Below the pieces are notes generated by a model, which searched no databases, was not told the DNA's origin, and saw only the letters and a list, made by a program, of their open reading frames with translations. From a virus: DNA of 64,000 nucleotides. The stretch's first letter is position 1, and each line of letters opens with the position of its first letter. A program made the position numbers and the translations under genes. Shown one piece after another: positions 10,804 through 20,817 of this stretch. Where the stretch lies: positions 79,879 to 143,878 of IMG/VR virus record IMGVR_UViG_3300037042_003932. One strand, 5' to 3'.

Positions 10804-11823
10804 TTAACCGACGATTATCGGTGAGGGCTTGTACACAGAAGTAGCTGCGGGAGTATACGTAATGACTAACTTCGGGTCAGAAGCTGTACCTGTGTAATCC
10901 ACCCATCGGACTCCTACAGCCAAATCAGCGTCCGCTTTCCATGTGATACCCGTCCCCGAGATATCAGACCCGATACGAACACCTAAAACGCTTATTCCCG
11001 TTTTGCTTAGAGCCGCTATGCCCGTAGCATCAAGGGTAAAAGTCTTATAGCCATTTGAAACTACGTAGTCAGCATACGACTTCGTTACGAAAACCGTAGT
11101 CCCAAACGAATTGAAATCAGTCGTCGCAATATTACCAGGGTCTGCAGGCGTAAAAGCAACTACGTTCAGGCTACCATCCACGGTGTCGTACGTGTTTACG
11201 TGATACGTATCGGTCGAGTACAGATGCAGGATAGCCTCTGTTATCGTAGCACCAGCTCCTAGGGCAGCAGTATCAAAAGAAAAACCAGCACGTCTCACTG
11301 CGTAATACTCATCCGTATCAGCGTGGCATGTGATACGCGACAGAACACCCGCTGTGGTCGTATTGGACTTAGACGTTCCGCTACCTGTGCGTATGCTGGA
11401 CAACGTAGTCCCTACAGTAACCACCCGAGCAGCATAACCGTCACAAGTAGTTCCACCTTCACCGTCAGCAGGAGCGACCGTGAGTTCAGCCAATCCAAAA
11501 GAATGCTGTGGCAGCAAGCGATCTACTACGAGCCAGTCTAAGAAATGCAAAAACCACCAATAAAAGAACAACGAATAGTAGATACGTTTTGCGTACTTCG
11601 AGTGACTTCTAAAATCAGCCCGGTACACGTTGTCGCCCAGGGTTACTACGTAATGTTTGGGAGTTATCTCAACGAGGTGCTCAGGAGCGTCAATCCTGAG
11701 AGCGTGCCTGGAAATCTTTCGTTTAAGCCACGAGCCATTCAACCAGGATAACAAAGTGCCCTGGTGTTTTTGAAACCAATCGTCGTTAAATACCTTCCAA
11801 GGGCCACTATGCAATTGTGCCAT
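10804..11823 (-). CDS. Virion protein with DNRLRE/CBM96-like C-terminal domain
   Basis: RRAGFSFDTAALGAGATITEAILHLY ... DPKLVITY pattern; start placed at MAQLHS after GAGG. Confidence 0.55.
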   Translation of the reverse strand: MAQLHSGPWKVFNDDWFQKHQGTLLSWLNGSWLKRKISRHALRIDAPEHLVEITPKHYVVTLGDNVYRADFRSHSKYAKRIYYSLFFYWWFLHFLDWLVVDRLLPQHSFGLAELTVAPADGEGGTTCDGYAARVVTVGTTLSSIRTGSGTSKSNTTTAGVLSRITCHADTDEYYAVRRAGFSFDTAALGAGATITEAILHLYSTDTYHVNTYDTVDGSLNVVAFTPADPGNIATTDFNSFGTTVFVTKSYADYVVSNGYKTFTLDATGIAALSKTGISVLGVRIGSDISGTGITWKADADLAVGVRWVDYTGTASDPKLVITYTPAATSVYKPSPIIVG

Positions 11824-12022
11824 TACGGACATCCTCAACAATCTGGTCTACTTTTTCTTTTGAATCTATCCCTGTGAAAGCATACTGAATACTACCGTGT
11901 GGTACCAGTCCCTTGGTATCAGACTGTTTGATGACGCCTCGGGTAAAAACCTGAATGAAAAGCATGTCATCGTGCCAATGGTACCAACGTATTTTACGTA
12001 CTATAGCTATCTCAGGTTTCAT
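11807..12022 (-). CDS. Small hypothetical protein
   Basis: 71 aa, overlaps both neighbours. Confidence 0.5.
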   Translation of the reverse strand: MKPEIAIVRKIRWYHWHDDMLFIQVFTRGVIKQSDTKGLVPHGSIQYAFTGIDSKEKVDQIVEDVRNGTIA

Positions 12023-15000
12023 CAGTCAGTCCAACTATTTACGGTGTATTCCAAACGTAGACCCAGAACGTACGCGTCTAACGATGTGGTGTCATGCGCA
12101 GTGTCTGTGGGGTCTCTCTGCAACTTAAGAACCAGCAGCTTTCCACCAGCAGGAGTCCCACTCGGAGTAACACCTGTACTCCACGTGCCTATCTTAAGAT
12201 CTTCAGCGGTGTCACCAACAACAGTCTCCAACTCTTGAACTGTTCCCATGGTGAGATCAAGAGGGTTTCCGTCCGTTGCACAACCAGCAGATAACGAGAA
12301 CAAGAAGTTATTAGTGCTGTCTGTGGCCACATTCATATACGTGATCTTGGCGTTAATAACGCCACCATCGTATGAGTCAGGGAGCAAGAACGACCACCAG
12401 GCTATACAAACACCTGCGTGAGCAAATTTAAGAACGTCAAGAACCTGTTTATTAGTGGTCAGCTCTCGCGTCTCTCGCGTCGCGGGGGTTGTGGTACCAA
12501 GAGCTGCTGACGCCGCAGGGAGAATTATCGACTTCGCTGGGTAAGCAGTTAAACCGGTTCCACCTACAGACACACCCAAAGAAGACCAACTCGTCACACC
12601 CGCGTCAGTAGACGTGAATACCTGCCCACTAACTGTAGGCATCGCTGTCGGCAGGGTGTACGTTGCATTCGCTGTCTGAGTTCCTGCTGTGAACGTTGTG
12701 TAATATGCATTGTCCCCAGCAGAGAACATCTTCAAATAACCAGCAGTGTTGCCAGTTGGAGTAGTTGCATCAAAACCTAAAACAACACCAGCAGGAATAC
12801 TAACTAAGCCAACGTTAGAAATAGTTAAGGCCGTGTTACTGATGCCCGTGTACGTATTCGACGTACCAAACATCATCTCTGTACCGACAGCCGTCCACTT
12901 AACGCCGATGCCTGCATTACCACCAGCACCCCCATAAGAAGGAGTGCTGAACGTAATCTTCGTAACCGTATCCGCCGATGCGCTCGGACTAGAAATCGTT
13001 ACCTGACCATTATTGCCGTCCTGGAAAACAGTTCTTGCTGCTGTGTCTCCACTTACACTCAGAAGGCTCAACGGATTCGTGGTGCCAATACCAAAGTTAC
13101 CTGCGTGGTACGCTTTTGATGTACCAGTAGAATAGATGGTCCAATGATTTGTGGGCTTCGTAAGCGTTGGGATGTACAGCGCATAAAAGTTGGTAACAAC
13201 ACCAACACCCGCGTAGTCATAAACTCTGAACGCCGTAGAGGCTGTTACTGCTCCGCTTGTGGTAAGTACATACGTGAAACCAACGCTATCTGTGAGCGTC
13301 CCACCACCTGCGTACCGATGCCGAGACTGGAACGACACAATGTGGTTGTAAGTGATGTCCCCGTTAAGAACTGGAATAGAGTCAAACGACGCATACGCAC
13401 CCGTATTCAGACTGGTAAACGTACTCTCATCCCGGAATGCGTGTGAGAACAAATCTGTTCCGGCTACTGCGCGACAAATAAGCAAAGCCGAGTCATCACC
13501 GCTTGGGGCATTCGTTCCAAGGAACATACGTGGTAAACCAGAAGTAGCCGTCCCTGTTCCCGTATAAGCGTGAGCTGTGCTCAGACCCCAACCTGAACTC
13601 GTCTTAGGGCCTAAATCTCCCGTGCTGGCTGTTACGAGAAGAGGGAAGCTGCTTATGTCTGTAGCTTCAGCAGCCACGGTAATCGTGGTGGGCACCGCAT
13701 GGGTGTGGAGGGTTGTTGCCCCGCCACCAGTCAACGCAGTGTGGTTAGCATCCGTAAGATGCTGATAGTTACCCCCTACCGCGTTGAGCCCCGACATGTT
13801 GTTGTGCAACGTAATGAGTGGCGTTCGGAAGTTACTCGCGTTCACCTCACCGTTGTGTACATAATAGATAATACGACTCGTGCTCGTTGAACGACCAAAA
13901 ACAATCTCACCCAATCGGTCACTACCATCAGCGGTTAAGGCGTGTACGCCCTGCACAGACTGCTTAGGTATCAACCCGTAATTCGTACTTAAATACGCAA
14001 TGTTCCCGGTGTTGACTCCGAATAGTCTCTTCCAAACCTTCCAATCGCCTGCCGGGATCGGCGTCGAGCTTCCCTCGTTGGTATACCCCACTAACGTTGT
14101 GACAGCGGCCACCTTAGCATCGCCACCTACAGCCCCCGTCGTTATAGGAAAGATGCCATCGGGCGTTTGGAGATAGCCACAAGTGCTAACGTCTGCTGTA
14201 CCATCTCCTGCAGCAAAAGGAGTCCCTGTGCTAGCAGTTGCTGTACGCGTTGTGCCTGTACTGGACATTACCAGCGTACCGACACCTTGAATCACACGAT
14301 ACACGTTTCTATCTATCTGGGGAGTGCCACTCGCGCCATTTACTGAGCAATAAGTATTTACCGTCCACGTCCCAGCATCAAGCTGGGTGCGACCAAGCGC
14401 TGAGTTGTAAAGGTAACACTCAATTATTTTTGGGGAAGTCGTTGTTGTCGTAGCTTCAACTACTTGAGGCTGCTCAGCAATAGTACGCGGAATCTTCAAC
14501 AATGCCTCAACGGCATAAGCGCTCTGCCCCGGTCCCGTGCTAATAATCGAGGCATCGTCCGCAAAAAAATCAATACCAGCAGACCCAGATACTGTGACGC
14601 CAGTCCGCGATATCCAGTTCATACCATTCCAGACCAACTGGTCATCTATAGCTGGAGAAGGGGCACTCACGTCAGACAGATCGTTTATGCGGTACCCCTG
14701 GTAAATACGGATGTTCACCCTCCCCACAGTAGCCGACTTCGTAATGAGTCGTCCGACGCGGATCTCCAGGTTTGGTGAATCAGGAACCCCAACCCTCAAC
14801 TTACCCGGCACTGCCGCCGATAGGTAGAGAACATCTCCCGCAGTCGTAGCTACGCCACCTCCAAAGGGAAGCACACTAGCAACGATCACATTGCCCGCTG
14901 TCTCCACGTGGACCTGAATATACGCCGAGGGCGTGGTAGTGTTGATGAGGGTCGCAACCTGCGCCCGCGTCGGCGTCGTGCCGCCGAGGTCCACAATGAT

Positions 15001-15648
15001 GGCCCCGCCAACCTCGGTATAGGTGAGTCCCCCCGAGGTCGTATCAACCACCGTGAAGGTGTACGCATTTCCAGCCGTCCCGCCAACAAGACCGTCCATC
15101 ACCATTCCCTGCGTGGACAGATAGGCGCTACCGATGTGATTCGTGTCTAGACCATTGATGTGCCCACGGACCGTCACGAACCCGTAATCGTTGTTGGAGA
15201 TGTCCTGCGTAGAGCAGCCCACTACGAAAGCCGTAGTAGCTGAATCCGCCTTGGCCAAAGCCACCGTGATGACGTTATTCGTCCCGCCACTATATACACC
15301 TGTAGCGTAGACAGCTTGGCCGTTGTAAATAGTAACGCCCGTGTTGTTGTACACCCGGCGCAGGTCCTCTTGCCCAATCTGGAGCGTGACGTCGCGGCCA
15401 ATCTCAGCAGAAAGCGTCTTCCACGTAGCATCGTAGAAGAGATGACCCTCCGCGTAATCCCCAACAGTTGGAGCTAGAGCAAGCTGAATACTATCGACCG
15501 TGGCCTTAAACGCCGTCAGGTCCGCATAAGCGTTGTTAGCGTTATTTTTTACTTCAACAACACCCGCTGCGTTGTTTATTTTGGGGCCACCCTTGCCAAG
15601 TTCAACGAGGGTACCAACGCCATCTATGCCATAGTGCTTACTTGACAC
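12022..15648 (-). CDS. Long mosaic tail fibre protein
   Basis: 1208 aa, Gly/Thr/Ser-rich; GNFGIGTTNP fibre repeat, YTLPTA, VSVGGTG motifs; GTG start after GGAGG. Confidence 0.75.
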   Translation of the reverse strand: MSSKHYGIDGVGTLVELGKGGPKINNAAGVVEVKNNANNAYADLTAFKATVDSIQLALAPTVGDYAEGHLFYDATWKTLSAEIGRDVTLQIGQEDLRRVYNNTGVTIYNGQAVYATGVYSGGTNNVITVALAKADSATTAFVVGCSTQDISNNDYGFVTVRGHINGLDTNHIGSAYLSTQGMVMDGLVGGTAGNAYTFTVVDTTSGGLTYTEVGGAIIVDLGGTTPTRAQVATLINTTTPSAYIQVHVETAGNVIVASVLPFGGGVATTAGDVLYLSAAVPGKLRVGVPDSPNLEIRVGRLITKSATVGRVNIRIYQGYRINDLSDVSAPSPAIDDQLVWNGMNWISRTGVTVSGSAGIDFFADDASIISTGPGQSAYAVEALLKIPRTIAEQPQVVEATTTTTSPKIIECYLYNSALGRTQLDAGTWTVNTYCSVNGASGTPQIDRNVYRVIQGVGTLVMSSTGTTRTATASTGTPFAAGDGTADVSTCGYLQTPDGIFPITTGAVGGDAKVAAVTTLVGYTNEGSSTPIPAGDWKVWKRLFGVNTGNIAYLSTNYGLIPKQSVQGVHALTADGSDRLGEIVFGRSTSTSRIIYYVHNGEVNASNFRTPLITLHNNMSGLNAVGGNYQHLTDANHTALTGGGATTLHTHAVPTTITVAAEATDISSFPLLVTASTGDLGPKTSSGWGLSTAHAYTGTGTATSGLPRMFLGTNAPSGDDSALLICRAVAGTDLFSHAFRDESTFTSLNTGAYASFDSIPVLNGDITYNHIVSFQSRHRYAGGGTLTDSVGFTYVLTTSGAVTASTAFRVYDYAGVGVVTNFYALYIPTLTKPTNHWTIYSTGTSKAYHAGNFGIGTTNPLSLLSVSGDTAARTVFQDGNNGQVTISSPSASADTVTKITFSTPSYGGAGGNAGIGVKWTAVGTEMMFGTSNTYTGISNTALTISNVGLVSIPAGVVLGFDATTPTGNTAGYLKMFSAGDNAYYTTFTAGTQTANATYTLPTAMPTVSGQVFTSTDAGVTSWSSLGVSVGGTGLTAYPAKSIILPAASAALGTTTPATRETRELTTNKQVLDVLKFAHAGVCIAWWSFLLPDSYDGGVINAKITYMNVATDSTNNFLFSLSAGCATDGNPLDLTMGTVQELETVVGDTAEDLKIGTWSTGVTPSGTPAGGKLLVLKLQRDPTDTAHDTTSLDAYVLGLRLEYTVNSWTD

Positions 15649-15696
15649 GTTCTACCTCCGAAATACGTTTCGTAGTAAACCAAAGAAAGGATAGGC

Positions 15697-16512
15697 TTAC
15701 GCCTCAGACCACTCAACGAAGATCGTAGCGGCACCCTGGCTAGAGCTATCCGCCGTATATGTTGCTGTAATCTGAGTCTCAGCAGGCAACATGTAAAAAG
15801 TGTCAATACAACACGGACCAAGCGCTTTCAGGTTGTTCTCTGCAATCGTCATGAACCGATCAGCGTCTCCAGAGTCTCCAACAGTCACAGTAGGAGCTGT
15901 TCCGTTAAACGTTTGTGTTACGTTTACACACACACGGAGAATACGTCCGTAAATTGGGATAACGGCTCCAACGTTCAAAGTTCCAGCTGAACCAAATACC
16001 AATGATACTTCTCGAGTCTTCGTGATCTTGGCAAGAGACGTAGATGTCGATGGACCTAGGTCTACCCACGTAGAGCCATCAGCATCCCACAAGTACGAAT
16101 GGTCTGCGTCAAACGTGAGTGTTCCACCCGTAAGTGCGTCTGTTACCGCAATCGAAAGACCTTCAGACGGGATAATCTCTTCCCAAGTAGCCCCATTGTC
16201 ATAGTAGAGATACTTTACAGTGTAACCACCACCTGTCGTAGTACACACATACATGCGTCCTGCTACACCTGCGGCAGGAGGAGAACCTCCATTAATCTGT
16301 CCGATGATGACCACAGCACCCTTGGTCTGTAAATACTTAAGGGTCACAACATCATTGGCGTCTACAGGATGACCAGCCCGAAGCTTAGCAAAAGCCGTTC
16401 CTGCCTGATCACGCGCTTCGATAGTTCCAGAAGCGTCAACGATCTTCGGCCCACCCTTACCGAGCTCTACAGTCCCGTTAAGGCCGTTTACGTCGTAATG
16501 TTTTGAAGTCAT
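15697..16512 (-). CDS. Fibre/decoration protein sharing its N-terminus with 12022..15648
   Basis: MTSKHY...VELGKGGPKI N-terminus; PVDANDVVTLKY fibre motif; RBS AGGAGG. Confidence 0.65.
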   Translation of the reverse strand: MTSKHYDVNGLNGTVELGKGGPKIVDASGTIEARDQAGTAFAKLRAGHPVDANDVVTLKYLQTKGAVVIIGQINGGSPPAAGVAGRMYVCTTTGGGYTVKYLYYDNGATWEEIIPSEGLSIAVTDALTGGTLTFDADHSYLWDADGSTWVDLGPSTSTSLAKITKTREVSLVFGSAGTLNVGAVIPIYGRILRVCVNVTQTFNGTAPTVTVGDSGDADRFMTIAENNLKALGPCCIDTFYMLPAETQITATYTADSSSQGAATIFVEWSEA

Positions 16513-16535
16513 CTCAAAATCCTCCTACCTGTGTC

Positions 16536-16931
16536 TCACACAGAGGCTGGTACGCGAGTAATACGATACCTAAAAGACAAATTTTCATCTACGCCACTGG
16601 TCACGATGGTCCAATTAACGTTTCCACCTGTGAGAGTAGTACCAAAAACAATCCCCGTGAAGGGAGAAGCTTCAAAGTAGTTGAACTCATGCGACGTCAG
16701 GTACGACGCTATCCCATCATGCGAAATTGTGATTGTACCGTCTTCTTTGTGGTGACTTGTCACCTTATCAACCATGTACTCAATCTTGAAAGAACTGTAC
16801 GAAGCAGCAGCTCCCAAAACGATGGACACAGAATCACTAGAGCCTGTTACGTCCTCTTGTGCATACGCTGATGCAGCCTCATACAGCTGGTCTGCACGTG
16901 ATTTAGTGAGAGCATTTTTGAGTTGAGACAA
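16536..16931 (-). CDS. Putative virion protein
   Basis: 131 aa beta-rich; TTG start after AAAGGAG. Confidence 0.55.
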   Translation of the reverse strand: MSQLKNALTKSRADQLYEAASAYAQEDVTGSSDSVSIVLGAAASYSSFKIEYMVDKVTSHHKEDGTITISHDGIASYLTSHEFNYFEASPFTGIVFGTTLTGGNVNWTIVTSGVDENLSFRYRITRVPASV

Positions 16932-16963
16932 CGACGTTCTCCTTTGGATTGCGATACCCCAAA

Positions 16964-16994
16964 AGTATAGACCTTGGGGGATATCCTATAGCAA
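16964..16994 (-). promoter_or_regulatory. Possible promoter (-10 TATACT flanked by a CCCCAA/TTGGGG inverted repeat)
   Basis: Intergenic; TTGCTA-N19-TATACT on the minus strand, spacing longer than ideal. Confidence 0.3.
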
Positions 16995-17053
16995 TTTACT
17001 CCGTAACGCTAAGATCACACCACAAAATAGAAGTAGACAGAAGTACCGAGACT

Positions 17054-17425
17054 CTAAGGAAGAACATCAACCGGTGGTAGTGGTTCAGGTTCAGGAATGG
17101 CTAGACCTACCTGGACCGAATCATCAGGAATGATCACAGGACTCCCTGGAGAATACAATGTCCCACCAAACACGATGGTCGGGATGTCTTTGTCTTTGCC
17201 TTCTTTGTCCTTGATCTTTTTCTTCGCCTTGGTCTTTGTAGCCCACGTCTCGAGAATGCCCTCGGCGCTCCAGTGGCGATACTGATCCTCGGTCACGCGA
17301 CAGAGATATGTGACGAACTTATCCTTGTCGTCGTACACCGGCACTCGGGCGTAGATTTGATCAGGGGCGTGGCCCTCAGAAATGGCAGAAGGGTCATCGA
17401 TGTAGCAATCCAAAAAAGTCGTCAC
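17054..17425 (-). CDS. Hypothetical protein (possible fibre chaperone)
   Basis: 123 aa; overlaps the stop of the large fibre gene. Confidence 0.5.
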   Translation of the reverse strand: MTTFLDCYIDDPSAISEGHAPDQIYARVPVYDDKDKFVTYLCRVTEDQYRHWSAEGILETWATKTKAKKKIKDKEGKDKDIPTIVFGGTLYSPGSPVIIPDDSVQVGLAIPEPEPLPPVDVLP

Positions 17426-20400
17426 TTATCACCTCGAAACAACTTCACGCCTCCAACCAGGCAGGTCGGCTGATAGGTGCCATCGTGAAACTGGCCCACG
17501 AACACCTTTGATTGTCCTGCGGGAAGTTCACACGAGGCGTCTGTCACTTCCGTGGCGTTATCCACCTTGAGAGAAACCTGATTCGATCTCTCCTGAGTCA
17601 CCAGCCGATGGTCGACCCCGTTACAGACATCCGTTGACGCTGCGCCCGACCACTGCGCCGCTCCGTTGGCTCTGCCTTCGGAATACGCTACGTCATTCGG
17701 GGAAATCGCGGTGTAGTTATAGTCCGACGCATTCCCGCACGATAGGACGATTGAGAAGCCCTGCCGGTTCACGTTCGGGTGCAGGATCTCGCAGCCCAAC
17801 CGGCACGACTGATACCGGAAGGGCTGGTTGAACCGCGCCCGCGCTATCGCGCCCATCACGGCCTGGTTGGTGGCGGCTCCGGGCCACACGGCCCCGCCGA
17901 GATCCCAAACAGCAGCCATAGATACTATAGAAGTAGAAGCACTACTACCAACAGGAGAAGCTGCAACTGTTAACTTTGATTCTGTTATATCTCCGGTAAT
18001 TCCTGATATATCAGATGAGGCATAATAAACTCCATTGACAAACAAATACATCTTTTCAGATCTGTCAAAACAGATCATAAAGTGAGTAGTTACACCTGAA
18101 GATGCAGGACCGACCACACTTACGGCTGTTCCTGCACCATTGTCTAAATAGCATCTAAACGTTCCACCATTACAATAACAAGTATATCCCTTCTCTGTTC
18201 CTGAGGATGCAGCATTTGTTGTTAATACATATCCTAAAGATGTATCATGATTAAGTATGATTTCAATTGCTCCATCATTTGCTGCAAATGTCCCCCAAGA
18301 AGTATCGGCTGCTTGATGATAATTACTTGCCCAATATTTTATTGATCTATTTGCTCGACTAACAGCATCCCAATTTGGTGTAGGGTTTGTTCCTGCGCCA
18401 ACAAAAGCCAATTTTGCTTCGCTCTCTAGCGTTATATCGTCCCACTCGCAATAAGTGGTGCCAGAACTAGTATTAACCCAAAAATATGGCGCAAGTCCCA
18501 CCGCAACGTAGGTTGCATCAAAAGCTTGCCATGATGTTGACGTTGTGCCTGTAAATAACAATACTGCGCCAGAATCATAAACTAGAGGAATTGCCGTTCC
18601 ATCGCTTCTGACATATCCGCGAATTCTATAGGTCTTGCCAATAATTGTTGTTCCTGTTTTTACGAAATACGGATTATTTGTTCCGTTTCTTGCGCAACGC
18701 AAACACAAAGAACCGCCGTGAGGGGTTCCCGCTTCTTTACTTAGGGTCGAACTATTCCCTGAAGCCCAATATGAAGTGTCAGCGGCTTCCATGTTTCCAT
18801 CGATTAGGATGTTCGCATGGTAGGTTGACCTGCTTAACCATGTACCGTCTGCCTGACAATCATCGGCTACCAAATAAGCGCATGGGTCGTAATCCGTCCC
18901 GCCGATGGTGAGCGCCTGCGGGAGGTCGTTGAGGTTCCCGACGATGGGCAACCTGACATTGTAGCTCAGCTCATCCTTGTTCCGCGCCACAGCTGCGGCA
19001 GCGGTAGGTATGTAGCTAGAGGGGAACAGCTCAGCAGTGGCCTCGATTTGGATGCCCCACACCCAAGTATTCGCAGTGGTCGTATCCCCCGAAAAAGTGT
19101 TATCACCATCTGCTTGTGCAGTACGCACCCCATAATTTTTAGCATCCGCTGACCCCGTGAAGCAAATCCACACGCGGTATATACCACTCACTCCCTTGTA
19201 GGACTGCGCGTCTACCCCTGCTGCTGTTACTGCTGCTCCCGCCGTGCCCACCACACCGTTGGAGATGTCAAAGTAGCAACTCACGTTGGTGATGCTAGAG
19301 TAGAGCTCCACCCATCCCTTGTTACCGTACTCGACAAACGCTGATAAACAGTGGTTTGTCGCGGGCAGCGTGTACGCCCCATAAATCCCGTGAGTGGTAT
19401 CCGTAGCATTGGCCACAATGCCATCGGCAGTCGTCGTGCCGTTCGCTGCGACCTGCCCGTTAGCCGTAATCGTAGTCAGGTTCTCCGCTGTCCACGTCGT
19501 TGCTAGGTCCTCCGAGTTAGTCGCCAAGTTAGTAACCTGTGGCTCACAAAGCGCCCGCGTAACTACCTTGCCATTGGCGTCCTTACGCTGGCAAACGCGA
19601 GGCCACCCAGAAGAAACTCGGTGAAGCCACCGAGCAGTGCTAGTCGGAGTCTCATACTTATCCAAGTACGCAGGCGTGGCCCGCGTGAACGTGTGCGCCC
19701 CCTGGCGGCGGTCCTGGATACCCGCGACAAGGGCGAAGCGCTCGCGGGCGATCTTATCGAAGTAGGTGCGGTTCTTTAATGCGCCGGGAAATGGGTTGGT
19801 GGTGAGGTCCCACACGCCAAAGGAGATAATCTGCGACGAACCGTTACCTATCAGCAAAACTCCGCTGCCGGTGGACAAATTACCGGATACACCAGTCAGC
19901 GCTCGCGTGTCAGAAAAGACACCATTGAGATAACCATATAAGTTCTCGCTGCGGTCACCGAGGATTAGGAGGTGATAGATCGCTCCTGTCACGGGCACTA
20001 AGTTCACCAGGCTCTGAACAGAAGACGACCCATCATTAAAGTAGAACGTCGTCTGATTAGCGCCGTTATTATAAAGTGCGTACCCCTTCGTCCCATTCCA
20101 CGTTTTAAACGGTAGGTTTTCAAGATATGGATCGTGAACGTAGACTATCTCAATTGCAAAGTCTTTGTCCGATAGCTGCGCCCAAGTAGTGTTCGCTGCG
20201 GTGTGATACTTATTCGATACAGTATAAATAGCCGACAAGTTCTCAATCGCCGTGACATTCCCATAAGTCGGAGCAGCACCAGACCCTGCTACACTCAACG
20301 TCTTAGTGACGTCATGCCGCGAGGCCCACGCCCCTGTCGCCGGGTTAATGTCGCCTGCCACCAAAAACGCGCACGGCGCAAACCGCACATCGTCGATAGT

Positions 20401-20496
20401 GAGGTGCGTGTCCAGGCGGTCGATGTTGCCCAAGCACCCTGGCACGTCCAGGTCAAGATTACTCGTGCGCGATTGAACAATACGACGAGAGAGCAT
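17422..20496 (-). CDS. Mosaic spike/fibre protein with two paralogous LamG-like domains and a CBM4/9-like module
   Basis: FTRATPAY..PR..EPQVTNL..WGIQIE..SSYIPT scaffold; duplicated PCA[FY]LVA..AIEI..DRSE..NGV..VWDL..IAR.RF domain; NILIDGNME..WDDITL module. Confidence 0.7.
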   Translation of the reverse strand: MLSRRIVQSRTSNLDLDVPGCLGNIDRLDTHLTIDDVRFAPCAFLVAGDINPATGAWASRHDVTKTLSVAGSGAAPTYGNVTAIENLSAIYTVSNKYHTAANTTWAQLSDKDFAIEIVYVHDPYLENLPFKTWNGTKGYALYNNGANQTTFYFNDGSSSVQSLVNLVPVTGAIYHLLILGDRSENLYGYLNGVFSDTRALTGVSGNLSTGSGVLLIGNGSSQIISFGVWDLTTNPFPGALKNRTYFDKIARERFALVAGIQDRRQGAHTFTRATPAYLDKYETPTSTARWLHRVSSGWPRVCQRKDANGKVVTRALCEPQVTNLATNSEDLATTWTAENLTTITANGQVAANGTTTADGIVANATDTTHGIYGAYTLPATNHCLSAFVEYGNKGWVELYSSITNVSCYFDISNGVVGTAGAAVTAAGVDAQSYKGVSGIYRVWICFTGSADAKNYGVRTAQADGDNTFSGDTTTANTWVWGIQIEATAELFPSSYIPTAAAAVARNKDELSYNVRLPIVGNLNDLPQALTIGGTDYDPCAYLVADDCQADGTWLSRSTYHANILIDGNMEAADTSYWASGNSSTLSKEAGTPHGGSLCLRCARNGTNNPYFVKTGTTIIGKTYRIRGYVRSDGTAIPLVYDSGAVLLFTGTTSTSWQAFDATYVAVGLAPYFWVNTSSGTTYCEWDDITLESEAKLAFVGAGTNPTPNWDAVSRANRSIKYWASNYHQAADTSWGTFAANDGAIEIILNHDTSLGYVLTTNAASSGTEKGYTCYCNGGTFRCYLDNGAGTAVSVVGPASSGVTTHFMICFDRSEKMYLFVNGVYYASSDISGITGDITESKLTVAASPVGSSASTSIVSMAAVWDLGGAVWPGAATNQAVMGAIARARFNQPFRYQSCRLGCEILHPNVNRQGFSIVLSCGNASDYNYTAISPNDVAYSEGRANGAAQWSGAASTDVCNGVDHRLVTQERSNQVSLKVDNATEVTDASCELPAGQSKVFVGQFHDGTYQPTCLVGGVKLFRGDK

Positions 20497-20808
20497 CTAC
20501 GCCCCTCCACCCATAGTCAGGCGCGTAATCGTCAACGTGCCCGTGTTGATCATGCCCTTCGCACCGATGAACGTTGGCCCATGAATGGTGTAAGGCATGA
20601 GCACATCCTTAGGAAGCTTGTGCGTGGTTGCCGCCGCTGCGGGAGCAATCGCCCCGAAAGCGATATAGCAATCCTCCGTTGCAAACAACTGCACCTGCGT
20701 ACCGTGAGGAATAGCCGCTGCAGTAACCGCCGTGGCCCCCGTAGTGAAAGTGAGGATCTCGGGGTCTGCGTAGGTCGGCATGCCGTAGTCAATGCTGGTG
20801 ATAATCAC
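20497..20808 (-). CDS. Small virion/decoration-type protein
   Basis: 103 aa beta-rich; GTG start after GGAGG. Confidence 0.5.
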   Translation of the reverse strand: MIITSIDYGMPTYADPEILTFTTGATAVTAAAIPHGTQVQLFATEDCYIAFGAIAPAAAATTHKLPKDVLMPYTIHGPTFIGAKGMINTGTLTITRLTMGGGA

Positions 20809-20817
20809 GATGACCTC

